DNA of 43,755 nucleotides, from the UHGV virus genome UHGV-0008389. One strand, given 5' to 3'. Shown here piece after piece: positions 29,558 to 38,467 of the stretch. Under the pieces are notes generated by a model. It was given only the letters and a program-made list of their open reading frames with translations, was not told the origin of the DNA and searched no databases. The first letter of the stretch is position 1; each line of letters begins with the position of its first letter. This DNA comes from a virus. The position numbers and the translations under genes were made by a program.

Positions 29558-29916
29558 ACGCTCTCCAGTTCGGTGATTTTTATTCCAAGCCGTCCGCCTG
29601 GTACTTTCACACCACGAATTACGCGAATGTCATCGAATTGCTCGTCGTCTTCCGCAAATCCGGCGTGGATAAGGGAGTCGAGTAAACCTTTCAGGATATT
29701 GTCGAGGTCTCGGCGGCGGGAGTCTGGAACGTCTGCGATGACTTTGATGCGGAGTCGTGATTTGGTGAAAATGTCTAACTTAAGTTGGCGGATGATTTGC
29801 TGAACGTCTTTTCGGTATTTCTGGCCTTTATCGCTGATGTAGTATTGGCTTCCCCGTCTTCGCCAGTAGGTGTTCACCGACGGCGGGTATGGAAGCACAA
29901 ACTGATATTCGTTCAT
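29554..29916 (-). CDS. rusA: Holliday junction resolvase RusA
   Basis: 120 aa; LPYPPSVNTYWRRRG ... ADVPDSRRRDLDNILKGLLDSL ... GGRLGIKITELE match RusA conserved regions. Confidence 0.85.
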   Translation of the reverse strand: MNEYQFVLPYPPSVNTYWRRRGSQYYISDKGQKYRKDVQQIIRQLKLDIFTKSRLRIKVIADVPDSRRRDLDNILKGLLDSLIHAGFAEDDEQFDDIRVIRGVKVPGGRLGIKITELESV

Positions 29917-30203
29917 GACTTAATCTTCCCCTCCTTCAGCAGTATCGCCTGCGTCCTGATCACGCCTTCGAGGTGGTAAAGTCTGGCGTCTTTGTTGTCG
30001 AGATTATGGGTGCGTCGGTCGATTTCATCGTGACACGCGCTACAAGCCCATGCGCCGATCAGGTCGTCAGGCTTCATTCCAGTTCCGCAAATTCCAGCCA
30101 TCCGGTAATGTGCCAGAACTGTAGTTTCAGGATTACCATTGCATACGCCGTAAATACGTACCTGGCATTCTCTGTTGCGCGCTTCTTTGCGTAGATTGGC
30201 CAT
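29913..30203 (-). CDS. Cys-rich nin-region protein (tentative DUF1364-like)
   Basis: 96 aa with conserved-looking Cys/His pattern (C-x-V-x-x-C ... C-x-x-C-H). Confidence 0.45.
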   Translation of the reverse strand: MANLRKEARNRECQVRIYGVCNGNPETTVLAHYRMAGICGTGMKPDDLIGAWACSACHDEIDRRTHNLDNKDARLYHLEGVIRTQAILLKEGKIKS

Positions 30204-30925
30204 TAAGCAGCCTCCCCTGTTACTTTCAGCATTCCGTTATCGAGCAGCTTTCTGGTCAGCCACTGTTGGCCACGCCCGGTGATTTTTGTGGTGAACGATA
30301 TCTGTATTCCGTGATTTGTGTTGACCGCTGTTTCTTTCACTGTGAAATAGCCGCGATCCATATATTCCTGCATTGGCACATTGCGCCGGGAACCTGAAGC
30401 AATAAGTATTTTGTGATCGCGCATCCACGCAAACAGTTTGTTTGGACCAATACCGACAACCTTTGCAAAGTTTCCAATCAAAATTCCGCTGGCCTCGCCA
30501 ACGCGATCGGCAAACTCAACTTTAGGTGCGGCAATTGCGAGCTGGTTTTCCAGTTGCATTTTCTGCTCAGCAAGATCAGCAGCAAGGCGCAACGCTTCTG
30601 GTAGCGTTTTGGGGATATTAACCGCAGCTTCTTCAAGCTCTCGCCAGCGGTCAACAAGGCGAGCGGTGAATTCCGGAGACAACTGGGCAACAACGACAAT
30701 ACTGTCTCGCTTACCTTGTTCGCCTTCGAAGACGTAATGCTCGTACTGAACATTGAACCCTAAGTTATTGATTCTTTCGGAAACCTCAATTTGAGGAAGC
30801 CGGATAACACCATTTTTAGCCAGCGTTTCGATGGTACGTTTCACATTGTCATGACGCTTACCAACCAACTCAGCGATTTCAATGCTTGTCATTTTGATGG
30901 CATTGCCATTTATTAACTCATTCAT
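30203..30925 (-). CDS. Antirepressor-like protein (Rha/AntA-like N-terminal domain plus KilA-C-like C-terminal domain)
   Basis: 240 aa; N-terminal MTSIEIAELVGKRHDNVKRTIETL; C-terminal VGEASGILIGNFAKVVGIGPNKLFAWMRDHKIL resembles KilA-C. Confidence 0.65.
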   Translation of the reverse strand: MNELINGNAIKMTSIEIAELVGKRHDNVKRTIETLAKNGVIRLPQIEVSERINNLGFNVQYEHYVFEGEQGKRDSIVVVAQLSPEFTARLVDRWRELEEAAVNIPKTLPEALRLAADLAEQKMQLENQLAIAAPKVEFADRVGEASGILIGNFAKVVGIGPNKLFAWMRDHKILIASGSRRNVPMQEYMDRGYFTVKETAVNTNHGIQISFTTKITGRGQQWLTRKLLDNGMLKVTGEAA

Positions 30926-31130
30926 CGTCTTCTTCCTCGTACATTGAGCTATTCGGATCGCTCATCAGTTCTGCACAGCAGTGCTCACACACGTGAACTT
31001 CCAGCACATGCAGCTTCTGACCGCAATTAGCGCACGTTAAAGCCCGCTCGACGCTTTCTTGTTCGTAACTTCGATTTTGGTCAATCACCTTGTTTTCCTC
31101 GCACGATGTCTTAGCCACCGGATATCCCAC
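30918..31130 (-). CDS. ninF: NinF-like protein
   Basis: C-terminal [47 protein letters not shown] matches lambda NinF as recalled; true start may be an internal GTG. Confidence 0.7.
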   Translation of the reverse strand: MGYPVAKTSCEENKVIDQNRSYEQESVERALTCANCGQKLHVLEVHVCEHCCAELMSDPNSSMYEEEDDE

Positions 31131-31267
31131 AGGTGAGCCGTGTAGTTGAAGGTTTTTACGTCAGATTCTTTTGGGATTGGCTTGCGTTTATTTCTGGAGC
31201 GTTTCGTTGGAAGGTATTTGCAGTTTTCGCAGATGATGTCGGTGAAACTTCGTCGCTGTCGCCTCAT
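31085..31267 (-). CDS. ninE: NinE-like protein
   Basis: Internal-Met product [60 protein letters not shown] matches lambda NinE as recalled. Confidence 0.8.
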   Translation of the reverse strand: MRRQRRSFTDIICENCKYLPTKRSRNKRKPIPKESDVKTFNYTAHLWDIRWLRHRARKTR

Positions 31268-31794
31268 GCCGCCCTCCTGACGCCCTGCCCGATCGCCATC
31301 AATGCCGCTTTGGATACGGTAGTAAACATCCGTCGAGGACTGATGAACGGTCGCCAAATCAGCAGCATGGATCCTTTGCTGTTTCCCTTCTTCTCCAGCC
31401 CTGTCGATGGTTCGATAAAATTAATCCGTCCATCAGTGATAATGCGAACTTCGTCAACACTCTCCAGAGCCTTGCTGAACCATCCGACAGACATATCCTC
31501 TGGCACAAGCATAACTACCGTCTGTCGCTGTTGTATGCACTGCTCAGCGGCTTTTTCCACCCACGGCCTGATATTGCTGTACGGTGGGTTATTCCAGATT
31601 GCACCGTGGCTTATCCACTCAGAATTTAGCGCGTCGTCGGCCTCAGTTAACCAGTGAGCGCACAGAGCATTTTTGTCGCTCGCTGCCGAATCCAGCCAGA
31701 ATCCAAACTCAATATCCAGTGCATCAAAAAGCCAAAGCGGCGTTTGCCAGCAGTCTCTAACTTCTTTTGGTGTTTCTGATTTATGTTTAATCAT
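31264..31794 (-). CDS. Phage Dam-like DNA N6-adenine methyltransferase (orphan)
   Basis: 176 aa; NPPY motif ([10 protein letters not shown]) typical of N6-adenine methyltransferases; no cognate restriction gene of classical type adjacent. Confidence 0.8.
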   Translation of the reverse strand: MIKHKSETPKEVRDCWQTPLWLFDALDIEFGFWLDSAASDKNALCAHWLTEADDALNSEWISHGAIWNNPPYSNIRPWVEKAAEQCIQQRQTVVMLVPEDMSVGWFSKALESVDEVRIITDGRINFIEPSTGLEKKGNSKGSMLLIWRPFISPRRMFTTVSKAALMAIGQGVRRAA

Positions 31795-32318
31795 TCAACC
31801 CTCGCATATTGTCCGTGATATTTGTTGATAGCCTCACTGGCAACCAAACCAGCAAGCTCAAGATCTTCATAGAACCCAAAATGCAACCGGCCAAAATCTG
31901 TGCGCACTTGAACGGCCCATTTATTTTTTTGCTTGTTCCATAAAACATTTTTTATTCCAGAACGGCTATTGCACTTAGTTTTCTGATTTCGGCTGTTTGC
32001 TATCCGGCTTGCCTCCCTAAGATTTTTTGGGGAATTGTCCAGCCTGTTTCCGTTAATATGGTCAATATTTTTCAATGGCATTCTTTTGTTGTGCAGCGCA
32101 AAAACAACTACGTGAACAAACATCTGAATGCCTGCAAAACACACCTGTCTATACCCAGATCCATTTATCGATGTTTTAATTTCATCTCCGGCCCGGTGGC
32201 TGTGGTTGGGGTGTTTTAGCGAGTCCTTTTTGTATCTGACTGTATCTCCGTCTAAATACAGATAATCCTCAATAAGCCGATACCTATCTGACGCTGGCGT
32301 ATTTGATTTGATAGTCAT
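31791..32318 (-). CDS. HNH homing endonuclease with AP2-like DNA-binding domain
   Basis: HNH motif IDHINGNRLDNSPKNLREASRIANSRNQ and C-terminal AP2-like WNKQKNKWAVQVRTDFGRLHFGFYEDLELAGL; AT-rich; start taken at the internal Met (MTIKSNT...) abutting the ninB stop. Confidence 0.75.
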   Translation of the reverse strand: MTIKSNTPASDRYRLIEDYLYLDGDTVRYKKDSLKHPNHSHRAGDEIKTSINGSGYRQVCFAGIQMFVHVVVFALHNKRMPLKNIDHINGNRLDNSPKNLREASRIANSRNQKTKCNSRSGIKNVLWNKQKNKWAVQVRTDFGRLHFGFYEDLELAGLVASEAINKYHGQYARVE

Positions 32319-32755
32319 GCAGCCCGATCTCCCCATCGCGCTTTCCATTCGAGAGCTAGTCGCGCTTCGTCTGACCACTTAACGCCACGCTCTGTACCGA
32401 ATGCCTGTATAAGCTCTAATAGCTCCGCAAATTCGCTTACACGCATCCTGCTGGTTGACTGGCCTATTACCACAAAGCCATTCCCGGCAAGGTTAGGAAC
32501 AACGTCCTGCTGCTTTAAGGCTGCGGTAAACACACACTTCCAGCTTTCTGCATCCAGCCAGCGACCATGCCATTCAACCTGACGCGAAACGTCACCAAGG
32601 CAAGCCCAAAGCTTCCGATTTTGGTCTAAGCTGCGGTTGCGTTCCTGAATGGTTACTACGATTGGTTTGGTTGGGTCTGGAAGAATTTGCTGTACTGCGT
32701 GAATAGCGTTTTGCTGATGTGCCGGAGATCGAATTTCAAAGGTTAGTTTTTTCAT
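32315..32755 (-). CDS. ninB: Recombination protein NinB
   Basis: MKKLTFEIRSPAHQQNAIHAVQQILPDPTKPIVVTIQERNRSLDQNRKLWACLGDVSRQVEWHGRW... near-identical to lambda NinB as recalled. Confidence 0.9.
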   Translation of the reverse strand: MKKLTFEIRSPAHQQNAIHAVQQILPDPTKPIVVTIQERNRSLDQNRKLWACLGDVSRQVEWHGRWLDAESWKCVFTAALKQQDVVPNLAGNGFVVIGQSTSRMRVSEFAELLELIQAFGTERGVKWSDEARLALEWKARWGDRAA

Positions 32756-32828
32756 GACTTCCCTCTCCCCCAAATAAAAAGGCCTGCGATTACCAGCAGG
32801 CCTGTTATTAGCTCAGTGATGTAGATGG

Positions 32829-33119
32829 TCATTGCCTTACCTCCATAAGCGCCCTATTAATAAACGCCGTCATTGGATTTGCACATCCCCACCCCGTACC
32901 ATCTGGATTTCTTTTAATTGGCTCCTTCTTCACTTTGCGTTTTGCATAAATAACCGTCTTCCACTTACGCTCAACAACACTCAAATACCCTTGTTTCACC
33001 ATATGCCTTGCTGCTTGAGCGATTCTGTTATTTGGTATTCCGGTAATCAGAGCTAATTCATGTGGGGAGAATTGTTCATGAGTTTTCAGATATTCCAGGA
33101 TGATTTCTTTTCCAGTCAC
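32829..33119 (-). CDS. ren: Ren-like protein
   Basis: 96 aa beginning MTGKE, same length and position (downstream of the replication genes) as lambda Ren; moderate similarity only. Confidence 0.55.
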   Translation of the reverse strand: MTGKEIILEYLKTHEQFSPHELALITGIPNNRIAQAARHMVKQGYLSVVERKWKTVIYAKRKVKKEPIKRNPDGTGWGCANPMTAFINRALMEVRQ

Positions 33120-34027
33120 GATCTGCTCCTGTAACTATCCCATGTAAACGCAAGGGTGCATCCGCCGCCATCATTCATCCTGTCAATAACACGCTCACCA
33201 ATGAATGCAGACAGTTCATCTTTGCTCTGGTTGCTAATCAGGATTGTTGGCTTCATGTATTCATATCTGGTGTTGATAATTTCGAACATGATTAGCTTTT
33301 CAGCATCACTGCCGAACTGCACGCCAACCTCATCGATTATTAACAAGTCAGGATGCGTAAATTGCCTAATGACTTCTTCTTCAGTTCTGGTTGCGGCCTT
33401 AGACCATGTTGATTTGTACTCTCTGGCAATTTTCAACGCAGTGGTAAATATCACAGAGCTTTGATGCTCGATAATGGCGTGCCTAGCGATAGCCAGTGCA
33501 AGGTGGTTCTTTCCAGTTCCAGGCTTACCACACATGACCAGTCCGCCACCTTTTTGAAGGCGTTCAGGCCACTTACTGGCATATGCCTGGCATACCTTAA
33601 GAACTCGCTTTGCATCATCGTTAACAGGCTCATAATTCTGAAGAGTGCAATTTTTGAACCTCTCTGGAATATTGAGAGAATTCAACAAATATTCAATTTT
33701 TGATTGTCTTGCTCTTTGTTCTGCCTGCTCACGTTCAATCTCTTTCTTACGAATTTTCTCCTCAAGGCACTGTGGGCACTCAGATTTACTTGAAGTAATT
33801 CTTTTTCCTGAGATGGTCAGATATTTCTCATAGGAAGTATATTTACCGTGTTTCTCGCACTCTTCCACTGTGCTGGTAACTGACATTCCATCTGATGCTG
33901 ATCCAATTTTGCTAAACTCAAGTTTCTGTTTCAGATCAGAAATGTCATTGATTTTTGAGTCTACAAGTTGCCTTTGCAGTGCCAGATTGTAACCATTTGT
34001 CGTATTCATATTCACTCCTGCGCCCAT
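33116..34027 (-). CDS. DnaC-like helicase loader (replication protein)
   Basis: 303 aa; Walker A GKPGTGKNHLALA and IstB/DnaC-like layout; immediately downstream of O. Confidence 0.8.
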   Translation of the reverse strand: MGAGVNMNTTNGYNLALQRQLVDSKINDISDLKQKLEFSKIGSASDGMSVTSTVEECEKHGKYTSYEKYLTISGKRITSSKSECPQCLEEKIRKKEIEREQAEQRARQSKIEYLLNSLNIPERFKNCTLQNYEPVNDDAKRVLKVCQAYASKWPERLQKGGGLVMCGKPGTGKNHLALAIARHAIIEHQSSVIFTTALKIAREYKSTWSKAATRTEEEVIRQFTHPDLLIIDEVGVQFGSDAEKLIMFEIINTRYEYMKPTILISNQSKDELSAFIGERVIDRMNDGGGCTLAFTWDSYRSRS

Positions 34028-34857
34028 GAAGGCATTTCAGTTTTCCCGTAATCTTTGGCGGCAAAGTTTTCCTGCATAGCTCGCTGCTGCGGCCTCGGTT
34101 GAGATTTCCCCTTTGGAGTCTTGGGTTCAAAAATCCCCTGCCAACCACTGGCGATGCTCTGGTTTATAATTTCTTCAGGTGTATATCCCTTCTCCAGACT
34201 TCTGCTTAGAACGTTGATAGCCTGAGTGACACTTTGCTTAGACTTGATCGACTTACCTATCTCCTTGCGATAGGTAACCCACGACAACCATGTTTCTGCT
34301 GATAACCAATCAGGCAACTCTGTTTCTAGCGGGTCGAACTTCTGAGAAACTTTTTTGGGGGATATAGGGGGTTTATTAATATTTTCTTTTTTCTTTAAAG
34401 AATTTCTTTTGTGTGTCTCTAACTTCGAGACATTGAGTGTCTCTAATTTGGAGACATTTTTTGTCTCTAACTTCGAGACAAAGTTACTAACTTGGAGACA
34501 CTTGCTGAATTGCCACGCAGATACCTCACTGTTTACACCGATTTTATTTCCATCCATAAACAGGCAATTCATTGAAATCAGTTCTTTTTTAGCCTTGTTA
34601 ACATTCTGCCTTGACAGTCCTGTTAACTGAGCAATTTGCTCATCGGCTATTCGATCTGTTTTCTTATTGAAGCCATATGTTTTCCGGACGTAGGCCAGCA
34701 TAACTTTCAACTGGCGAGCGGTTAAATCGGCACTTGCGATAGCTTCCAGCAGCTCGTTAGCGAATCTGGTGTAACCATCATCGATATCAGCCACTCTTAG
34801 CTCCTGTTCGGCAAAGTTACCTCTGCCGAAGTTGAGTATTTTTGCTGTATTTGTCAT
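34012..34857 (-). CDS. O: Replication initiator O
   Basis: 281 aa; N-terminal MTNTAKILNFGRGNFAEQELRVADIDDGY... matches lambda O as recalled; iterons lie inside the gene. Confidence 0.85.
   Translation of the reverse strand: MTNTAKILNFGRGNFAEQELRVADIDDGYTRFANELLEAIASADLTARQLKVMLAYVRKTYGFNKKTDRIADEQIAQLTGLSRQNVNKAKKELISMNCLFMDGNKIGVNSEVSAWQFSKCLQVSNFVSKLETKNVSKLETLNVSKLETHKRNSLKKKENINKPPISPKKVSQKFDPLETELPDWLSAETWLSWVTYRKEIGKSIKSKQSVTQAINVLSRSLEKGYTPEEIINQSIASGWQGIFEPKTPKGKSQPRPQQRAMQENFAAKDYGKTEMPSWAQE
34414..34500. repeat. ori: Replication origin iterons (four roughly 19-bp inverted-repeat units) with flanking AT-rich region at about 34345-34413
   Basis: TGTCTCTAACTTCGAGACA (34414-34432), TGTCTCTAATTTGGAGACA (34438-34456), TGTCTCTAACTTCGAGACA (34462-34480) and a partial fourth copy ending 34500; located within O as in ori-lambda. 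Confidence 0.75.
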
Positions 34858-34891
34858 AATGACTCCTGTGGATTGTTCCAGTCTTTCTACA

Positions 34892-35170
34892 TCAGGCCTC
34901 GAAGAATTCGCCGTTCTTCGGGGCTTTTTCTTTTGTCAGCATTCTTGCTACTTTCTTAGCCAGTTCCGCCAACTCCTCGTCTTCAACACCCCATTCAAGA
35001 ACAGCCAGAAGCATTCCCATTTTTGGGATGAAGCTATCTTTCCATCGAGAAATTTGCGATTCATTAATCCCTAACGCGTCGGCAACCTTTCGCTGACCAC
35101 GTACAGCAATTCGATTCAGGATGTTGCTTGTAATTGCATTCGCTTTCTTGCGAGTACTTGTAAGTTCCAT
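34892..35170 (-). CDS. cII: Transcriptional activator cII
   Basis: Internal-Met product ...GINESQISRWKDSFIPKMGMLLAVLEWGVEDEE... matches lambda CII conserved region; located between cro and O. Confidence 0.8.
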   Translation of the reverse strand: MELTSTRKKANAITSNILNRIAVRGQRKVADALGINESQISRWKDSFIPKMGMLLAVLEWGVEDEELAELAKKVARMLTKEKAPKNGEFFEA

Positions 35171-35279
35171 ATGCAAGTATTTCCTTAACAAATAAGAAGT
35201 TATGCGCATCAACTTATGCGCGTTGTATTCCCGCATTTCGGCGGGAATGAGGACCATGACTGTTAAAGAGCGGTGTTAC

Positions 35280-35489
<210 letters not shown>

Positions 35490-35506
35490 TTAGTACATGC
35501 AATCAT

Positions 35507-35570
35507 TATCACCGCTAGAGGTAAAATAGTCAACACGCACGGTGTTAGATATTTATCCCTTGCGGTGATA
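35507..35570. promoter_or_regulatory. OR: Right operator OR1-OR2-OR3 with divergent promoters PR (to cro) and PRM (to cI)
   Basis: TATCACCGCTAGAGGTA (35507-35523, OR1), CAACACGCACGGTGTTA (35531-35547, OR2), TATCCCTTGCGGTGATA (35554-35570, OR3); lambda-type 17-bp operators. Confidence 0.9.
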
Positions 35571-35577
35571 GATTTAA

Positions 35578-36294
<717 letters not shown>

Positions 36295-36409
36295 TTCCAA
36301 TTGTGATTTATGAAAAGTCAATTGCGCCAGATTAGCGATGATGACAAACCACTATGTCTTATCCTCAACATGAATACATTCATCGTAACCACAACAGGGA
36401 GTTTAACGA

Positions 36410-37414
36410 ATGAATACTATTGAAAATAATGATGTTTATGTGTATATAGGCGATATTCATCGTGATGGTTATCTTGATCTAACCAATAAAATCAAGAAGC
36501 GTAAGTCACAAAATGAATTAAAAAAGAATGTTATCTTCTGTGTTGCTACTTATGGCGGTGATCCTAATGCTGGTTATCGTATAGGTAGGGCTCTCCAGCA
36601 CTATTATGAAACGGTAACACTTTTAGTTGTTGGGCCGTGCAAAAGTGCTGGTACACTAATAGCCATAGCTGCGAATAAACTTGTTATCGGTGACATGGGT
36701 GAGCTCGGGCCATTAGATATCCAACTGAAAAAAAACGATGAAATAGGTGAGATGAGTTCTGGTTTAGCCATTATGACAGCTCTCGATGCACTGAAGGAGC
36801 GCTCTATTTCAGCGTTTAACTCATACCTTGTTCAGATAAAATACGAAAACCAGATAAGCACTAAAATATCTGCTGACATCGCAACCAGACTTACAGAGGC
36901 ATTGATAGCCCCCATGGCTGCTCAGATAGATCCAATAAAACTTGGTGAGCATCAGCGTGCGATGAGCATTGCTATCACTTATGGTCAACGGTTAGCAGAC
37001 AAGCCAAGTAGTCTAAAAGAAGGGGCGTTAAGCAAACTCATCGCTTCGTATCCTTCACATGGATTTGTTATCGACAGAAAAGAAGCCAAGGAACTTTTCA
37101 AGTGTGTTGAATGTCCTAAAGGTATAACAGAAATACTCGATAATTTTTTCTGTGATAAGATTCATAGTGGTGAAATCCCAACGTTTGGAAAACCAAGGGT
37201 GATGGATTTCCCTCTTACTACACAAGATAAAGAGGACAATACTAATGCCGAAGAATCTGCAACCGGAGATGGAAATTCTCAACAAAATGTTGGAAAGCCA
37301 GATCCAAGAAAGTCGCAATCTGGCAAGAAAAGCGGAACAGCACCTGAACGAGATCAAAAAAGAACTGGAGCCGTATCAATTCAACCACCAGATGAACAGC
37401 AACCTAATGCGTGA
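36410..37414 (+). CDS. ClpP/SppA-fold serine protease-like protein occupying the rexA/rexB slot downstream of cI
   Basis: 334 aa, AT-rich; GGAG-type RBS; VIFCVATYGGDPNAGYRIGRAL and VVGPCKSAGTLIAIAA fit the ClpP/S49 pattern (GG..AG..I; G-x-[AC]-x-S-x-G around a candidate nucleophilic Ser); about 70-aa hydrophilic C-terminal tail; same strand and operon position as rexAB in lambda; terminator at 37445-37470. Confidence 0.65.
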   Translation: MNTIENNDVYVYIGDIHRDGYLDLTNKIKKRKSQNELKKNVIFCVATYGGDPNAGYRIGRALQHYYETVTLLVVGPCKSAGTLIAIAANKLVIGDMGELGPLDIQLKKNDEIGEMSSGLAIMTALDALKERSISAFNSYLVQIKYENQISTKISADIATRLTEALIAPMAAQIDPIKLGEHQRAMSIAITYGQRLADKPSSLKEGALSKLIASYPSHGFVIDRKEAKELFKCVECPKGITEILDNFFCDKIHSGEIPTFGKPRVMDFPLTTQDKEDNTNAEESATGDGNSQQNVGKPDPRKSQSGKKSGTAPERDQKRTGAVSIQPPDEQQPNA

Positions 37415-37430
37415 TCTCTTTGCTCTGTAA
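37245..37430 (+). CDS. Possible overlapping small ORF (61 aa, predicted helical) in alternate frame at the 3' end of the protease gene
   Basis: ATG at 37245 preceded by AGAGGA about 9 nt upstream; product MPKNLQPEMEILNKMLESQIQESRNLARKAEQHLNEIKKELEPY... looks helical, while the in-frame protease tail is low-complexity; stop 14 nt before the terminator. Confidence 0.25.
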   Translation: MPKNLQPEMEILNKMLESQIQESRNLARKAEQHLNEIKKELEPYQFNHQMNSNLMRDLFAL

Positions 37431-37444
37431 TTAATTCCTCACAT

Positions 37445-37470
37445 CCCGGCCTCAGCGCCGGGTTTTCTTT
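37445..37470 (+). terminator. Intrinsic terminator ending the cI-protease (immunity) transcript (tIMM-equivalent)
   Basis: CCCGGC ctcagc GCCGGG followed by TTTTCTTT. Confidence 0.7.
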
Positions 37471-37626
37471 GCCTCACGATCGCCCCACCTAAAAACACAT
37501 AACCAATTGTATTTATTTGAAAATTAATAGATACAACTCACTAAACATCACAATTCAGATCTCCCGATCACCTTCCCAATCCACACACCCCTGCAAAAAA
37601 TAAATCTATATAAAAAACATACAGAT

Positions 37627-37696
37627 AACCATCTGCGGTGATGAATTATCTCTGGCGGTGTTGACACGCATACCACTAGCGGTGATACTAAACACA
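37627..37696 (+). promoter_or_regulatory. OL: Left operator OL3-OL2-OL1 and promoter PL
   Basis: AACCATCTGCGGTGATG (OL3), TATCTCTGGCGGTGTTG (OL2), TTGACA -35, TACCACTAGCGGTGATA (OL1), GATACT -10; near-identical to lambda OL/PL as recalled. Confidence 0.9.
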
Positions 37697-37734
37697 TCAG
37701 CAGGACGCTGGAAGCCAAACGGAACAGATTGGCA

Positions 37735-37775
37735 GGCTCTTTAACATTGATGGGATTGTCCCGCCGAAATGCGGG
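37735..37775 (+). promoter_or_regulatory. nutL: nutL-like site (boxA plus boxB hairpin)
   Basis: boxA-like GCTCTTTAACA (37736-37746) followed by hairpin CCCGC cgaaat GCGGG (37760-37775) downstream of PL. Confidence 0.55.
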
Positions 37776-37947
37776 AACCAAAGAGTAGTTGGCTTTGGGG
37801 TGTGGTGAAGGGTTCATGGACGGGAATATGTCGCACGTAAAGCGGCGAGGCCTGCGGGACTATTGCCGAATTGAAGTCGGACGAAGCGGGTCGAAATGGG
37901 TCTCCCACCTACCACACCACCAAAGCTAATCATCTGAGGAACAGAAA

Positions 37948-38067
37948 ATGTTAGACATCATGACCAACCCAATTCTCGGTGGTTTAGTTACCACATTCGC
38001 CATCTGCTTCGGTTTCACTATCTGGTCTGAAGTAGATGACTGGATGTGGGAACGCAAAAACAAATAA
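37948..38067 (+). CDS. Small hydrophobic ORF (39 aa, single predicted TM) between nutL and N
   Basis: ATG at 37948 preceded by GAGGA; product MLDIMTNPILGGLVTTFAICFGFTIWSEVDDWMWERKNK; below the 60-aa cutoff of the supplied ORF track. Confidence 0.35.
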   Translation: MLDIMTNPILGGLVTTFAICFGFTIWSEVDDWMWERKNK

Positions 38068-38107
38068 TCATCGACACACAAGGATGTGTACCTTCCCGGA
38101 GGTCAAC

Positions 38108-38407
38108 ATGACAGTAGTCATTACATATCTTGCTGACGATAACGCCAGAAATCGCCGCAGAGCACGCAGACAGGCTCAACGTGAACAGGCAATGCAAGAG
38201 CAGCGACTGGCGCGAAAAATTGCGCTAAAGCTCTCTGGTTGCGTCAGAGCAGATAAAGCAGCATCACTCGGAAGCCTTCGCTGCAAGAAGGCAGAAGAAG
38301 TCGAGAGTAAACAGAATCGTATTTACTACCGCAAGCCACGCAGTGAAATGGGTGTGACTTGTGTTGGTCGCCAGAAAATGAAATTAGGCAGCAAACCACT
38401 TATTTGA
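38108..38407 (+). CDS. N: N-like antitermination protein
   Basis: Arg-rich motif DDNARNRRRARRQAQREQAM and C-terminus YRKPRSEMGVTCVGRQKMKLGSKPLI resembling the lambda N C-terminus; GGAGG RBS before the ATG at 38108; first PL-operon gene after nutL. Confidence 0.75.
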   Translation: MTVVITYLADDNARNRRRARRQAQREQAMQEQRLARKIALKLSGCVRADKAASLGSLRCKKAEEVESKQNRIYYRKPRSEMGVTCVGRQKMKLGSKPLI

Positions 38408-38467
38408 GGTGAGATATGGAAGCTAAGGCCGAATAGTCTGCCTTTATTTTTGGCATAAACAACAGAG

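Noticed and set aside
37548-37817. Minus-strand 89-aa ORF spanning OL/PL and nutL
   Set aside because: It covers the operator, promoter and nut elements, which are non-coding in lambda; no RBS.
38036-38107. N-terminal extension of the N ORF (MTGCGNAKTNNHRHTRMCTFPEVN)
   Set aside because: It overlaps the small TM ORF and lacks an RBS; the internal ATG at 38108 has a GGAGG RBS and gives an N-like protein of typical length.
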